Source: Pedosphaera sp. (lineage in GTDB: Bacteria; Verrucomicrobiota; Verrucomicrobiia; Limisphaerales; SIBH01). Taken from it: 45,469 bases of DNA. The notes beneath the pieces are model-generated. The model searched no databases and was not told the origin of the DNA. It saw only the letters and a list, made by a program, of their open reading frames with translations. The stretch's first letter is position 1. Each line of letters opens with the position of its first letter. Shown in pieces: positions 1-10,169 of the stretch. The stretch is from NCBI GenBank assembly GCA_031414955.1, contig JANOQV010000003.1, positions 1-45,469 on the forward strand, read 5' to 3'. A program made the translations under genes and the position numbers.

Positions 1-109
1 CGGAGTGCGCCCGTCCTCGGGCGCAGCAGCGTGCGAACGTCAGCGGGTATGTTTTTTTCGACGCGCTCCAAGTCATTACGTTGCTGCGCCCGAGGACGGG
101 CGCACTCCG
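1..109. repeat. REP-like long inverted repeat (hairpin element)
   Basis: cggagtgcgcccgtcctcgggcgcagcagcgt (1-32) is a near-perfect reverse complement of acgttgctgcgcccgaggacgggcgcactccg (78-109); intergenic. Confidence 0.8.
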
Positions 110-430
110 GGGCTGAATTTTCAGACAGGCTCCAAGTTCTCAACGACCCACCTGCGACGGTGCTGCTGCCGTCGTCGAGGGCATCGATCGTGTTCAGATC
201 GCGAACTTCCACGATCTCAGAGCGCTCCTCCACGCCCGTGTAGCCCGTGTCGGCGTGGACTTGCTTCTCCTGCCCATGAGCTAAGGAAGCACCTGCTTCG
301 CCGTCGCTTCCAAATCGATGTCAGGCGGAGTAAATCAGCGTTTCCCTTGGTCAAGCGGTGCTCAAGCGCCCGTCGGCTCCAATTGCGCGCTTGCACGCTT
401 GGTAGCCCCTCCGTATTCCTTTTCAACTTT

Positions 431-1600
431 ATGAATTACAGAATTTCGCAACGCGCCGCCTCGCTCGCGCCCTCGCTCACGCTGGCCATCGATTCCAAGG
501 CCAAGCAGATGAAAGCCGAGGGCCAGGACGTGGTCGGCTTCGGCGCGGGCGAGCCGGATTTCGACACGCCGCCGCACATCAAGGATGCCGCCATCAAAGC
601 CATCAACGACGGCTTCACCAAGTACACCCCGAGCAGCGGCATCCCCGAGTTGCGCCAGGCCATCGCGGACAAGTTCAAGCGTGAGAACGGGCTGACCTAC
701 AAGCCGTCGCAAATCATCGTCTCCTGCGGCGGCAAGCATTCTTGCTTCAACGTCATCCTCGCCACCTGCCAGGAAGGCGATGAGGTCATCATCCCGGCGC
801 CCTACTGGCTGAGCTATCCCGAGATGGTGAAGCTGGCCGGAGCCACGCCGGTGATCATCCACACCAGTGATCAGACGGAGTTCAAGGTGACGCCCGAGCA
901 GTTGCGCGCCGCCATCACGCCGCGCACACGGCTCTTCATCCTGAATTCACCGAGCAATCCCACCGGCACGGTTTACACGCCGGCCGAGATCAAGGCGCTG
1001 GGCGACATCTGCGTGGAGAAGGGCGTGCTCATCATGAGCGACGAGATTTACGAACACCTGCTCTATGATGGCGCGAAGCATCAAAGCGTGGCCGCGCTGT
1101 CCCAGGCGCATTACGACCATACGATTGTCGTCCACGGTTTTGCCAAGGCGTGGAGCATGACGGGCTGGCGGCTGGGATTCCTGGCCGCGCCTGAACCGAT
1201 CGCCAAGGCCATCGACGCCGTGCAGTCGCACAGCACGAGCAACCCGACGAGCTTTGCCCAGAAGGGCGCGGTGGCCGCATTGACCGGATCGCAGGAGCAT
1301 CTCAAGAGATGGCTGGTGGAATACGACCAGCGCCGCAAGTTCGCCCACGAGAAGCTCAACGCCATGCCTGGCATCTCCTGTGTGAACTCGAAGGGCGCGT
1401 TCTATCTCTTCCCCAACATTTCCAAGACGGGGCTGAAGTCAGCGGATTTTTGCGCCCGCTTGCTGGAGCAGGAAAAGGTGGCGGCGGTGCCCGGCATCGC
1501 GTTCGGCGCGGATGACTACCTTCGCATCAGCTACGCGACGAGCCTGGCCAACATCGAGAAGGGACTGGCGCGGATGGATCAGTTTGTGCGCGGACTCTGA
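431..1600 (+). CDS. aspC: PLP-dependent class I/II aminotransferase (aspartate aminotransferase-like)
   Basis: Motifs GAGEPDFDTP, YWLSYPEM, LNSPSNPTG, SDEIYE, AKAWSMTGWRLG (PLP lysine). Start moved to ATG 431 (MNYRISQRA); the ORF-track extension upstream runs through a repeat. Confidence 0.92.
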   Translation: MNYRISQRAASLAPSLTLAIDSKAKQMKAEGQDVVGFGAGEPDFDTPPHIKDAAIKAINDGFTKYTPSSGIPELRQAIADKFKRENGLTYKPSQIIVSCGGKHSCFNVILATCQEGDEVIIPAPYWLSYPEMVKLAGATPVIIHTSDQTEFKVTPEQLRAAITPRTRLFILNSPSNPTGTVYTPAEIKALGDICVEKGVLIMSDEIYEHLLYDGAKHQSVAALSQAHYDHTIVVHGFAKAWSMTGWRLGFLAAPEPIAKAIDAVQSHSTSNPTSFAQKGAVAALTGSQEHLKRWLVEYDQRRKFAHEKLNAMPGISCVNSKGAFYLFPNISKTGLKSADFCARLLEQEKVAAVPGIAFGADDYLRISYATSLANIEKGLARMDQFVRGL

Positions 1601-1638
1601 GTCAGGTCACCTTTTGGAAAAGCGCCCGGCCCGCTGGG

Positions 1639-2541
1639 TCAGTCGTTTGTGGTCAGGAGCGACGCAGGCGTCCGGACCTGGTTGAGCGGGGCCGTGGGCA
1701 GCGGGAGGCGGGCGGGCGGGCGTTGCAGCGCCGCCGCCATCTTGCGCCAGACCTCGCGGTCCTTCTCGCTCATGGTCCGCCACTGCTCGGCGGAATTCAG
1801 GAAGGCTTCGCGTTCGGCAGCGGAAAGCTCGGCGAACTTTTTGAAGCCGACCCGCGCTTGAGCGCGCTCTTCGCTGGTAAGTTTTCCGAACTTGCTGAGC
1901 GCCAGTTCCATGCTGGCCCGATCTGCGGCGGTGAGCTTGTCCAGGGGTTTGGCCCGGGCGGACGGCGGCAGTTCCAGCAGCTTCTTCCACACGGGATAAA
2001 CCTGTTCCGCGAGCCGCCGCCGATCCGGCGAAACCTGCGTCAGCGTGTTGCTGCCGCTCTGCTCTCGGGCGTCGATCATGACCAGCAATCTTTGATTCGT
2101 AACGATCTGGTTGAGCATGGTCGGTGGTAGAATGGTGAGTTGAGCGAGCCGCATCTCGATCGCTTTGCGGTCCTCCTCCGGAATTACCGCGAGCACGGCG
2201 GCGCGATTGGTGGCGGGCATCCTGATCAGCGGCGGGAGATACCAACTGAGCTGGGACGCGCGCAGCTTCTGCGCGCGCTGTTCCTGGGTCAGGGCATCAT
2301 ACTCACGCAGCTTGGCTTCGATGGCCGCGCGTGAGGCGACCGGTTTCACGGCCAGCCAGGCCTCGCGCCCGTCGGCATTCGTGGCCAGCAACGTGCGGAA
2401 CAACTCGACCGGCGAGGGCGTCAACCGCGGGGACGGATTGACCGGCGGGGTGGGAACTGCGGCCCCTTGGGCAAAAACGCCGCTCGCCACCAGGCACAGC
2501 ACGCCCACCGCGCCGCGTTGCATGAGAGCCGCCTTGCTCAT
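1639..2541 (-). CDS. Periplasmic helical protein, DUF3106-like, third gene of the ECF operon
   Basis: Signal peptide; repeated 'L(T/S)xEER…W/F' helical units; 4-bp overlap with the anti-sigma gene. Confidence 0.7.
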   Translation of the reverse strand: MSKAALMQRGAVGVLCLVASGVFAQGAAVPTPPVNPSPRLTPSPVELFRTLLATNADGREAWLAVKPVASRAAIEAKLREYDALTQEQRAQKLRASQLSWYLPPLIRMPATNRAAVLAVIPEEDRKAIEMRLAQLTILPPTMLNQIVTNQRLLVMIDAREQSGSNTLTQVSPDRRRLAEQVYPVWKKLLELPPSARAKPLDKLTAADRASMELALSKFGKLTSEERAQARVGFKKFAELSAAEREAFLNSAEQWRTMSEKDREVWRKMAAALQRPPARLPLPTAPLNQVRTPASLLTTND

Positions 2542-3047
2542 TGGAAAGCCTTCAGCAGATCATCGTCGGAGGTCGCCGCCACAGCACCGGATGCAGACTG
2601 GCGCATGTGGTTGATGGCGTCGAAATCCTCCAGAGCCTCCGGAGCCGGCAACGAGGCCAGATCGCCGGAGACATTTTTCACCGCCTCGGCGAAATGGCCG
2701 CCTTGGATGGCCTGGTACTGGTAAAAAAGTCCGGCCCACGCGAGCAGCCCAGCAGCCAGGCCCCAGCTCACCCGCGGCCAGGGCAGGCGCAGCCAGGAAC
2801 GCTTGGCCGCGTGTCGGTCTCTCCGTTGTTCCAACTCCACGGCTTCCAAAACGCGCGCGGTGAAATTGCTGGAGACCGGCACGTCCGGGAGAAGGTGCAG
2901 CGCGCGGCCCAGGGCGCGGTCATCATTCCAGCCGGCCCGCGCTTTCGGATTTGCCGCCAGCCAGGCCTCCAGGCGCGATTCCTCTTCCGGCGTCAGCTCG
3001 CGTTGCAAGCTCAACCGCATCAGTTCTTCATGGCGCATGTCGTTCAT
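2538..3047 (-). CDS. Putative transmembrane anti-sigma factor
   Basis: N-terminal 'ELTPEEESRLEAWL…LPDVPVSSNFTARVL', one TM segment, directly downstream of the ECF sigma. Confidence 0.75.
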   Translation of the reverse strand: MNDMRHEELMRLSLQRELTPEEESRLEAWLAANPKARAGWNDDRALGRALHLLPDVPVSSNFTARVLEAVELEQRRDRHAAKRSWLRLPWPRVSWGLAAGLLAWAGLFYQYQAIQGGHFAEAVKNVSGDLASLPAPEALEDFDAINHMRQSASGAVAATSDDDLLKAFQ

Positions 3048-3089
3048 CAGGATCCTTTCAATTCAAAACCGTTCTTCCGGCAAAGTTTC

Positions 3090-3701
3090 TCACTCGTCAG
3101 GCTCGCCCCATGCTCCCGAGCGCAGGTAGGGCTTCAATCGCTCCTTTAATGTTTCCCGCGCGCGATGGATCAACGACTTCGTGGCCGAGAGCGAGCAGCC
3201 CACCACGCGCGCAATTTCCTCGTAGGAAAATTCCTCATGCCGGCACATCAGCAAGGCGGTGCGCTGTTTCTCCGGCAAGGCGGCGATGGCCTCCTCGACC
3301 TTCGCCTCCAGTTCTCCCTGCAACAGTTTCTCCGTCGGACCGGCGGTCCGCGTGTCCGGCGCCTGGCGAATGGGATGGTCGTCGTCATCCGCGTAGGTCT
3401 CGTCCAGGGAACTGGCCGGATGCCGTGAGCGCCGGCGGATTTCATTCAGCGAAAGATTGCGCGCAATGGTGAACAGCCAGGTGGAAAACTTGGCCGTGAC
3501 TTCGTAGCGGTGCGCCGACTTGAAAACCTGCACGAAGACATGCTGGGCGATGTCCTCGGCCTCGGTGAGGTCGTTGATGGTACGGGCCACGAGGTTGACC
3601 ACCGGCTGCTTGTACTTGTCCACCAGCGTCTCGAAGGCAGCACGATCCCCCTCACGCACCTGCAGCATAAGGGCGGCATCCGGGTCAATCTCTACGGACA
3701 T
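3090..3701 (-). CDS. ECF (sigma-70 family) RNA polymerase sigma factor
   Basis: Region 2 'AEDIAQHVF…KFSTWLFTIARN' and region 4 'LPEKQRTALL…SYEEIARVVGCSLSATKSLIHRAR'; ATG at 3701. Confidence 0.93.
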   Translation of the reverse strand: MSVEIDPDAALMLQVREGDRAAFETLVDKYKQPVVNLVARTINDLTEAEDIAQHVFVQVFKSAHRYEVTAKFSTWLFTIARNLSLNEIRRRSRHPASSLDETYADDDDHPIRQAPDTRTAGPTEKLLQGELEAKVEEAIAALPEKQRTALLMCRHEEFSYEEIARVVGCSLSATKSLIHRARETLKERLKPYLRSGAWGEPDE

Positions 3702-3761
3702 CGTGCGCAACACCGTAGCAAACACCAACTGCGGCTCAAGGTTTCGCCGGCCCGGGCACTT

Positions 3762-6440
3762 TCAATTCACGAGCACGATCCGGTAGAAGCGCTGGCTCGA
3801 TCCCGGGACGTTCGTAAGGGAAACAGAAAAACTGGTGGAAGTGATATTGAGGCCGAGATCCGTCCACCCAGCGGGCGGCAGGTTGGTGGCGAACTCGACC
3901 CGATACTGTTTTCCAGGATAACTGGCCCAATGCAGCACCACGGCGTCGCCCGCCCGCTGAATGCCCGCGAAGGGTGGAGTGAGGAAACCTTTGAGCTCCA
4001 GGTTGAAGCCCAGATCCCCGCTGTTCGCCGCGCGTTGATGAACCTCCGCCGCCACGATGTTGTCCCCGGGCACCAGCAGCGCGGTGCTGATCGGAGGCTT
4101 GGTAAAGAAGGTGTTCTCGTCCGCACCTCCCACGTTGGAAGACGCCAGTGTGAGGTAGTTGAAGACATTGGTCGGCATCACATCGCGCAACACCTCGATG
4201 CCGTTCAGGTAAACCACCACGCCGTCGTCCCGCAGCACGGAGAACTGGAGCGAGGCAAATAGCGCTGGGTCACTCAGGGAAAAGTGGTGACGGAAATAAG
4301 TCGTGATGTGCCGGGCGCTGGAGTTGCCGCCATCGCTGACCGTGGTGACTTCGCCGTTCCCGTAGCCGAGTTGCGCCGGCCCGCTGGCCCAGGCGGTGTC
4401 GTTGAACGCGATGGTCCGCCATGCGGTGCCAAGGTTGGTGCCGGTGTCGAGATACTTCCACACGGAGTTGCTCGGAATGAGAAAGGCGAAGGCCGAGCCG
4501 CCAACCGCCGGCGGCAGCGGGGTGCCCGAGGGCACATTCGAAAGGGGGCTGACGTTCGTCGCCTCGTCCTCGGTTCGCAGCGCAAAAAAGTAGAGGCGGC
4601 CAGCGAGCAAACCCGTCACGGTGAAAGACTGAGCGCCGCCGGCCAGCAAGGGCAGCGGCTCGCCCAAGGTCTGCGTTGACGTCGCCCAATTCCCCGTCGT
4701 GATCAGATTCGTCCGGAAACGCACGTCGTAACTGGCCGCCGTCCCATTGGCACCGTCGTCGCCGGGCGCGTTCCAGGTGAGCGTCACGCTGTTGGAAGTG
4801 GCATCGCTGACGAAAAGATTGGTCACGGCCGCAGGAGCATTGGTGTCGGCCGGTGGCGGCGCCACCGGCGTGGTCGCCTGCGCCATCTCCGAGTAGGCCG
4901 AGACACCGGCCGCATTGTGAGCGCGTGCGCGATAGTGATAAGTCCGGAGCGGCGCGAGGCCGGTGTCGGCGCGGATGGTGACGTTGGCTCCGACGGCGGC
5001 GAACTGGGCAAAGTCCACCCCGTTGGTCGAGCGCTCCAGATAGAATCCTTGCTCATCGATCGCCTGATCCGTCCACGAAAGATTGATCTGGCTGCTGGAG
5101 ATGGCGACCGCCACGAGATTGGAGGGCGCAGCCGGCGGGTTGGTGGACGCCTCCTCCTTGAGCATCGTGAAGTTGTCCCCCGCCGTCCCGTCCGTGCGAA
5201 GGAAGATCAAGTCGAGCCGGTTGCTCAGCACATCGATCACGACCGACCCGATCAGGTTGAGCGAGACTTCCATGACTGGATGGTCGTGTGATCCTCCGCC
5301 GATCTGGCCGGACGATCCGGCTGTGGTGTAAACGGTGCCTTGGTTCGGGTTGATGCCAAAGGGCTTCCGATACGCCCCATCGCCCGATTCTCGTCCATCG
5401 CCCGCATCCTTCTTCATGGAGGCCGTGAGCGTACTGGAGAGACCGTAGTGTCCGTCGATCAGCACCGAGCGTTCGTAGCTGTGACTGTGTCCGCAGAGCA
5501 CCAGATCGACGCCGTGGCTTTCCAGGATGGGCAGCATCTGCTGCCGCATTTCGATGAGACCGCTTTCCGCGTCCGAGTTGTGGCTGCCCTTGGTGTAGGG
5601 CGGGTAATGCCAGAAGGCTATGATCCAATCCTGCGAGGTGTTTTCGAGATCGGATTCCAGCCAGAGCGCCATCGGTCCGCCGCTGGTCTTGTCGGAGGTC
5701 ACTGAGTCCAGGCAGATGAAATGAATGTTGGCGTAGTCGAACGAGTAGTAACGCTCCGTGCCGCTGGCGAGGCCGCCTGCTTCGCCATTCTGCGGTAGGC
5801 TGAACATGGCCAGGTAGGGTGAAGCCGACGCGGTGATGGCGTCGTGATTGCCAATGGTCGGCCACAAGACGGTGTTGCGCAGAATCGTCGGATAAAAATT
5901 GAAAACAGCGGCCTGGTACTCAGCGTCCGTGCCAGAGTTGTAAGCGTTGTCCCCCAGCATCAGCCACACGTCGGTCGGTCTATCGCCGTTATGGGAATAG
6001 TAGGAATCGCGCGAGGCGGCCTGGTTGGCGTTGGCCGTGCCCGGATCACCCAGCGCCCAGATGCGCGTCGGCTTCCTGGTGCCGACTGGCGGGGCCGTGA
6101 TGACGTATTGGTTCGTGGTGGTGGCAAACCAATTCGTGCCGCTGCCAACCTGGTAAAAGTACTTCGTGTCCGGGAGGAGATTGGTCATCGCGACGATGTG
6201 CTCCGTGAGCGATGTGGCGCTACCGTTTGTTTGCACCCAGGCGGCGAAATCAGTGCCGAAACGGACGAAGCTGCCTTCGCTCGCGCTCGTGCGCCATCGC
6301 GCCGTCACGCCACTGGGGGTGCCCTGCTGAAGGTACGGGCCGCGCGTCAGCGTCGCCGCTGTGACCGCGGTTGCTCCAGCCAGGACTGAAGTCAGCACCG
6401 CAATTCCCATCCGTACTGCCCGCCGGAAGTCTGAATTCAT
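3762..6440 (-). CDS. Secreted metallophosphoesterase (purple acid phosphatase-like) with FN3 domains and a C-terminal RFYR domain
   Basis: Motifs GDPG, LGDNAY, IGNHD, GHSHSYERS; two FN3 repeats (APSNL…LSW, AVTNL…LTW); signal peptide. Start uncertain (6452, 6440 or slightly downstream). Confidence 0.88.
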   Translation of the reverse strand: MNSDFRRAVRMGIAVLTSVLAGATAVTAATLTRGPYLQQGTPSGVTARWRTSASEGSFVRFGTDFAAWVQTNGSATSLTEHIVAMTNLLPDTKYFYQVGSGTNWFATTTNQYVITAPPVGTRKPTRIWALGDPGTANANQAASRDSYYSHNGDRPTDVWLMLGDNAYNSGTDAEYQAAVFNFYPTILRNTVLWPTIGNHDAITASASPYLAMFSLPQNGEAGGLASGTERYYSFDYANIHFICLDSVTSDKTSGGPMALWLESDLENTSQDWIIAFWHYPPYTKGSHNSDAESGLIEMRQQMLPILESHGVDLVLCGHSHSYERSVLIDGHYGLSSTLTASMKKDAGDGRESGDGAYRKPFGINPNQGTVYTTAGSSGQIGGGSHDHPVMEVSLNLIGSVVIDVLSNRLDLIFLRTDGTAGDNFTMLKEEASTNPPAAPSNLVAVAISSSQINLSWTDQAIDEQGFYLERSTNGVDFAQFAAVGANVTIRADTGLAPLRTYHYRARAHNAAGVSAYSEMAQATTPVAPPPADTNAPAAVTNLFVSDATSNSVTLTWNAPGDDGANGTAASYDVRFRTNLITTGNWATSTQTLGEPLPLLAGGAQSFTVTGLLAGRLYFFALRTEDEATNVSPLSNVPSGTPLPPAVGGSAFAFLIPSNSVWKYLDTGTNLGTAWRTIAFNDTAWASGPAQLGYGNGEVTTVSDGGNSSARHITTYFRHHFSLSDPALFASLQFSVLRDDGVVVYLNGIEVLRDVMPTNVFNYLTLASSNVGGADENTFFTKPPISTALLVPGDNIVAAEVHQRAANSGDLGFNLELKGFLTPPFAGIQRAGDAVVLHWASYPGKQYRVEFATNLPPAGWTDLGLNITSTSFSVSLTNVPGSSQRFYRIVLVN

Positions 6441-6591
6441 TAGACGATTCATGACACCGCTTGCCCCGCGCCCCAGACCAACTTCTCGTCGAGCGGCATC
6501 AAGGTCGGAGTATAATCCGCCGCGTCGGACACGCGAACACAAACTGCCGGCGACCGGGCTGATTTTTCGGCCGGCGCCGATTTCGCCACCG

Positions 6592-9500
6592 TCACTTCTT
6601 CGTCGCAGTCTTCATCAGCAGGAAGGCAATCAAATTGTTGAATTCGGCCGGAGTCAGGGCCTCGGCCAGATTCTCGGGCATGAGCGACAGCTCGGAGGGG
6701 CTGCGGCTCTTGACGTTCTTCTTGGGCAGAGACAGTTCCTGGCCCGTGGTCTCGGCATAGATGATTAACTCGCCTTCCTCCCGGCGGAAGAGGCCGGACA
6801 CGATGTCGCCATCGTTCAGCTCGAAGAGGGTGGCGCGGAACGCGGTGTCCACATTGCGATTGGGATCGAGGAGGTCTTCCATGATGCGCTCCGCGCCGCG
6901 CGCACCCACGCCATCGAGCTGCGGGCCGACGAGCGCGCCCTTGCCCTCGAGCTGATGACAGATGGCACAGTTCTTTTCAAACACGGCCTCGCCATTCGCC
7001 GCCGAAGCTTTGGCCGCGAGGAAGGCCTTGGCGCGCTGGTCGATGACTTTCTGGAGTTGGTCGTTCAGCGGCGTGAGGTTTTTGGTCAGCGTCGCGAGGC
7101 GCTCCTTCACCTTGTCGGCCTTCGAGGCGGTGAGCTTCTCCTTCAAATTCTGGTTCTGGAGTAACCGGGCCGAGACGCGGCCGGACTCGACTTCCGTGAG
7201 CAAGGCCTCGGTGCCGGGCTTGGTGGTGCCAAGGGCGAGCGCGAATTTCACCTGCGCGCGTTCCGGCGAGCGGAGCAGCGCATTGATGACCAGCGCGCGG
7301 CCCTCGGCGCTGTTCGACTCGGCGATGGCTTGCGCGATCTTCTGTCGCAAGCCGTCCGGCGCGCTGGCGTCGTTCATGATTTCGCCGCAGGCGGCGAGAT
7401 GCTGCTTCGTGTCTAAGGCCAGCAAGGTCGTGGCCACGGCCGCCCGAGCATCCGCGCCCGCAGTTGTCTTCAGCGCCGCGACAAGCGGCGGCTCCAACGA
7501 GGCGTCACGCGTGGCGAGCGCGATTTGCGCCGCGCCGCTCAGGCGCTCATCGATCAGCTTGGGCGTCGTCTTCGGCATCGACACCACCGCCGGATCGAAC
7601 CGCCCGACGGCGAGCCACGCGTAAGCGCCCGCCGTGTCGCCATCCACAAGTTCGAGGAAGACCTGCTGGCCGGCGTGCGCGCTCAAGTCCCACGAGGTGG
7701 GCTTGGCGATGTCGTTGCGCGGTGCGGGCGCAGTCCGCAGTACGTCCGAGGAGTTGGCGTCACGCAGCCGGACAAGATTTTTCTTCTGCAACGGCTGGGT
7801 GGGCTGGCCGTCATGGCCGGCCATCCAAAACGTGAGCTTTGCGGGCGCGGTGAAATTCTTGGAGCGCAGCACGCCGGTCAGCGTCTCGCCCGCCGGGAGC
7901 GTGCAAAGGAAGTCGGCGTCCCGGCCGTCGCTGCTCTTGCGGTTCTGTACAGCCCACGGATTCGCACTGCCCGGATTGGATTCCACCGGCAGCGAAGTCC
8001 AACCGTTCTCGGTGCGTCGTACGGAGGCGAGCAAGTCACCCGCGAGCGCCGTGCCCCAGTCTTTCATGTTTGGACTGAGCGCGACGCCGCGTTGCGCCAG
8101 TCCATCCTGCACGGACTTGAAGAGCGCCGATTGTAGATCGACATCATCGCTGAACTTGCTGCTTGCGAGCGTGGCGATGCCATCGATGCCATCGGCCGGC
8201 AGGAAGCGTGCGGCATGGCGCAGTTGCTTCGCCGCCGTGGCGCGCGCCTCGGAGTACTTCTGCAAGTGCGCGACGAGGAACGATGCGGCCGCAGCGTTGG
8301 TGATGGCTGGGGCGATGCCGGCGAGCGCACGGGCGTTTTGCTCACTCCAATTCTCGGCCAGGATTATCTCGAACACGCGCTCGTTCTGGAGCTGGTCACG
8401 AATGGCTCCGCGCACGGCGTAATTCAAGTGGTTGTCGGCGGCAGGCACGCGCGCCAGCAATTCCAGCAACAATGCCACCGGGTTGCTGGACACGACGCGA
8501 GATCGGGCCAGCGCTTCCGCGGCGCACCGTTGCACCAGTGCGTCGCGATCCTTCAGTCCCTCCGTGGCCGTGGCCTGCGCGGCGGCGATCAGACTGGTGT
8601 CCACGGTGGGGCCGCCCCGCGCGTTCCGGTCGAAAACGTCCATGGCGATGCGAGCCGCCTGGACACGCACCAGCACATCCGGAGCGTGCGCCGCTGCCAC
8701 CAGTTCACTGGCGGGCAAGGCCTCGAAGCGGTGCAGAAGCCAGAGAGCATGAGTGCGTTGCATCGCATTCTCTGGCTGCTTGACCGTTCGCAGCAACGCA
8801 GCCGTGCTCGAGTTGCCGAAGCGATCGCTCAGCATGTTCATGGCGAGGGTCCGGCGCGGGCGATTGGGGGAGGCGAGTTCGGTGATAAGCGATTCCACCG
8901 AATCACTCTTGATGGTCAGCTTCGCAAGATCGGCGCCCTTCGGCGGCACAATGCGCCAGATGCGCCCGCGCTCGCGGTCCCGGCCCGGATGCACGAGCGG
9001 TACCTCATAGTGGCCGATGATGCGGTTGTAGAAGTCCGCGACCCAGAGCGCGCCGTCGGGCCCGAGTTGCAGATCGACCGGGCGAAACCACGGGTCGGTG
9101 ACGCTGACGAGATCGGGCATCTCGTGACCCACGCTGCTGCTTCCACGCCACTCGATTTGGTCGCGGTTGATGCGGCTGGGCATGACGTTGCCGATGATGA
9201 GGTTGCCGAGAAACTCTTCCGGCCAGGACGGGTCGTCGAGCATGGTGATGCCGCAAATGGCGGTGCTGCCGTGAGTGTGTTGGATGGCGGTGGGCGCGAA
9301 GCCGAGTCCGTCGTCAGGTGCACCGAAGCTCGGATACCAGCCGTTGCGCAGGAGTTGGTAGATGGGCGAACTGTGGCAGTCCGCCGAGTAAAGGTTGCCC
9401 ATGGCGTCGAAGGTCAGCCCAAAAGGATTCACCTGGCCGTGGGTCCAATGCTCGATGCGCGAGCCATCCATGCGAAAGCGGTAGGTGTTGCCGCTGGGGA

Positions 9501-10134
9501 AGAACACTTCGTGACCATCCTTGCCCGCAACGCGCGAACGGTTGTTGAAGCCGTGCGTGGCGTAAATCCAGCCGTCGTTTCCGCGGCGGAAGCTGGCTTG
9601 ATTGCCGTGCGTGTCGCGCGTGTGGTCGAACGGGCCGAGGATGATTTCCTGCTTGTCCGCGACGTTGTCGCCATCGAGATCCTCGAAAAGCCAGATGTTC
9701 GGAATGGACCATCCGAGGCACTTCCAAGTTTGTTTTCCGCTCCCGTCACTCGCCGCGCTCTGAAAGGGATAAAGGCCAATCGGAATGTTTAGGTTGGTGG
9801 CGAAAGTGGTGACCTTTTGCGCGCGGCCATTCGCATCGAAGTCGGACAGGATGCGGATGGTGTCGCGCGGATGTGCGTTCGTCGGCCAGGGATATTCACG
9901 AGACTCGCTAAACCAGAGACGCCCCGCGCCATCGAAGGCCATGTTCATCGGCTTGCGCAGTTGGGGTTCGGCGGCCACAAGCTGCACCGTGAAGCCGGGC
10001 GGGAGCTTGAAGGTCTTCTGCTGCGCTTCCGCCGGGAGCGGGTCGGTGGTGCGGACGCCTTCCTCGAAAGGATCATTGGCGGCGAGGGCGACCGTGGTGG
10101 TGAACAAGAGCGAGAGGAGCGCGGCGAATTTCAT
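6592..10134 (-). CDS. PVC-type membrane-bound dehydrogenase-domain protein with HEAT-like repeats and C-terminal cytochrome c
   Basis: 'FKLPPGFTVQLVAAEP', 'WFRPVDLQLGPDGALWVADFYNRIIGHYE', C-terminal CAICH haem motif, 'GPQLDG', 'SLMPE'. Confidence 0.88.
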   Translation of the reverse strand: MKFAALLSLLFTTTVALAANDPFEEGVRTTDPLPAEAQQKTFKLPPGFTVQLVAAEPQLRKPMNMAFDGAGRLWFSESREYPWPTNAHPRDTIRILSDFDANGRAQKVTTFATNLNIPIGLYPFQSAASDGSGKQTWKCLGWSIPNIWLFEDLDGDNVADKQEIILGPFDHTRDTHGNQASFRRGNDGWIYATHGFNNRSRVAGKDGHEVFFPSGNTYRFRMDGSRIEHWTHGQVNPFGLTFDAMGNLYSADCHSSPIYQLLRNGWYPSFGAPDDGLGFAPTAIQHTHGSTAICGITMLDDPSWPEEFLGNLIIGNVMPSRINRDQIEWRGSSSVGHEMPDLVSVTDPWFRPVDLQLGPDGALWVADFYNRIIGHYEVPLVHPGRDRERGRIWRIVPPKGADLAKLTIKSDSVESLITELASPNRPRRTLAMNMLSDRFGNSSTAALLRTVKQPENAMQRTHALWLLHRFEALPASELVAAAHAPDVLVRVQAARIAMDVFDRNARGGPTVDTSLIAAAQATATEGLKDRDALVQRCAAEALARSRVVSSNPVALLLELLARVPAADNHLNYAVRGAIRDQLQNERVFEIILAENWSEQNARALAGIAPAITNAAAASFLVAHLQKYSEARATAAKQLRHAARFLPADGIDGIATLASSKFSDDVDLQSALFKSVQDGLAQRGVALSPNMKDWGTALAGDLLASVRRTENGWTSLPVESNPGSANPWAVQNRKSSDGRDADFLCTLPAGETLTGVLRSKNFTAPAKLTFWMAGHDGQPTQPLQKKNLVRLRDANSSDVLRTAPAPRNDIAKPTSWDLSAHAGQQVFLELVDGDTAGAYAWLAVGRFDPAVVSMPKTTPKLIDERLSGAAQIALATRDASLEPPLVAALKTTAGADARAAVATTLLALDTKQHLAACGEIMNDASAPDGLRQKIAQAIAESNSAEGRALVINALLRSPERAQVKFALALGTTKPGTEALLTEVESGRVSARLLQNQNLKEKLTASKADKVKERLATLTKNLTPLNDQLQKVIDQRAKAFLAAKASAANGEAVFEKNCAICHQLEGKGALVGPQLDGVGARGAERIMEDLLDPNRNVDTAFRATLFELNDGDIVSGLFRREEGELIIYAETTGQELSLPKKNVKSRSPSELSLMPENLAEALTPAEFNNLIAFLLMKTATKK

Positions 10135-10169
10135 TCAGCTTTGTTTGATTTTCAGGATTATTCCCAGCT

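Noticed and set aside
5..430. Long N-terminal extension of the aminotransferase ORF
   Set aside because: It covers a REP hairpin and Arg/Ser-rich non-coding sequence; family similarity starts at 431.
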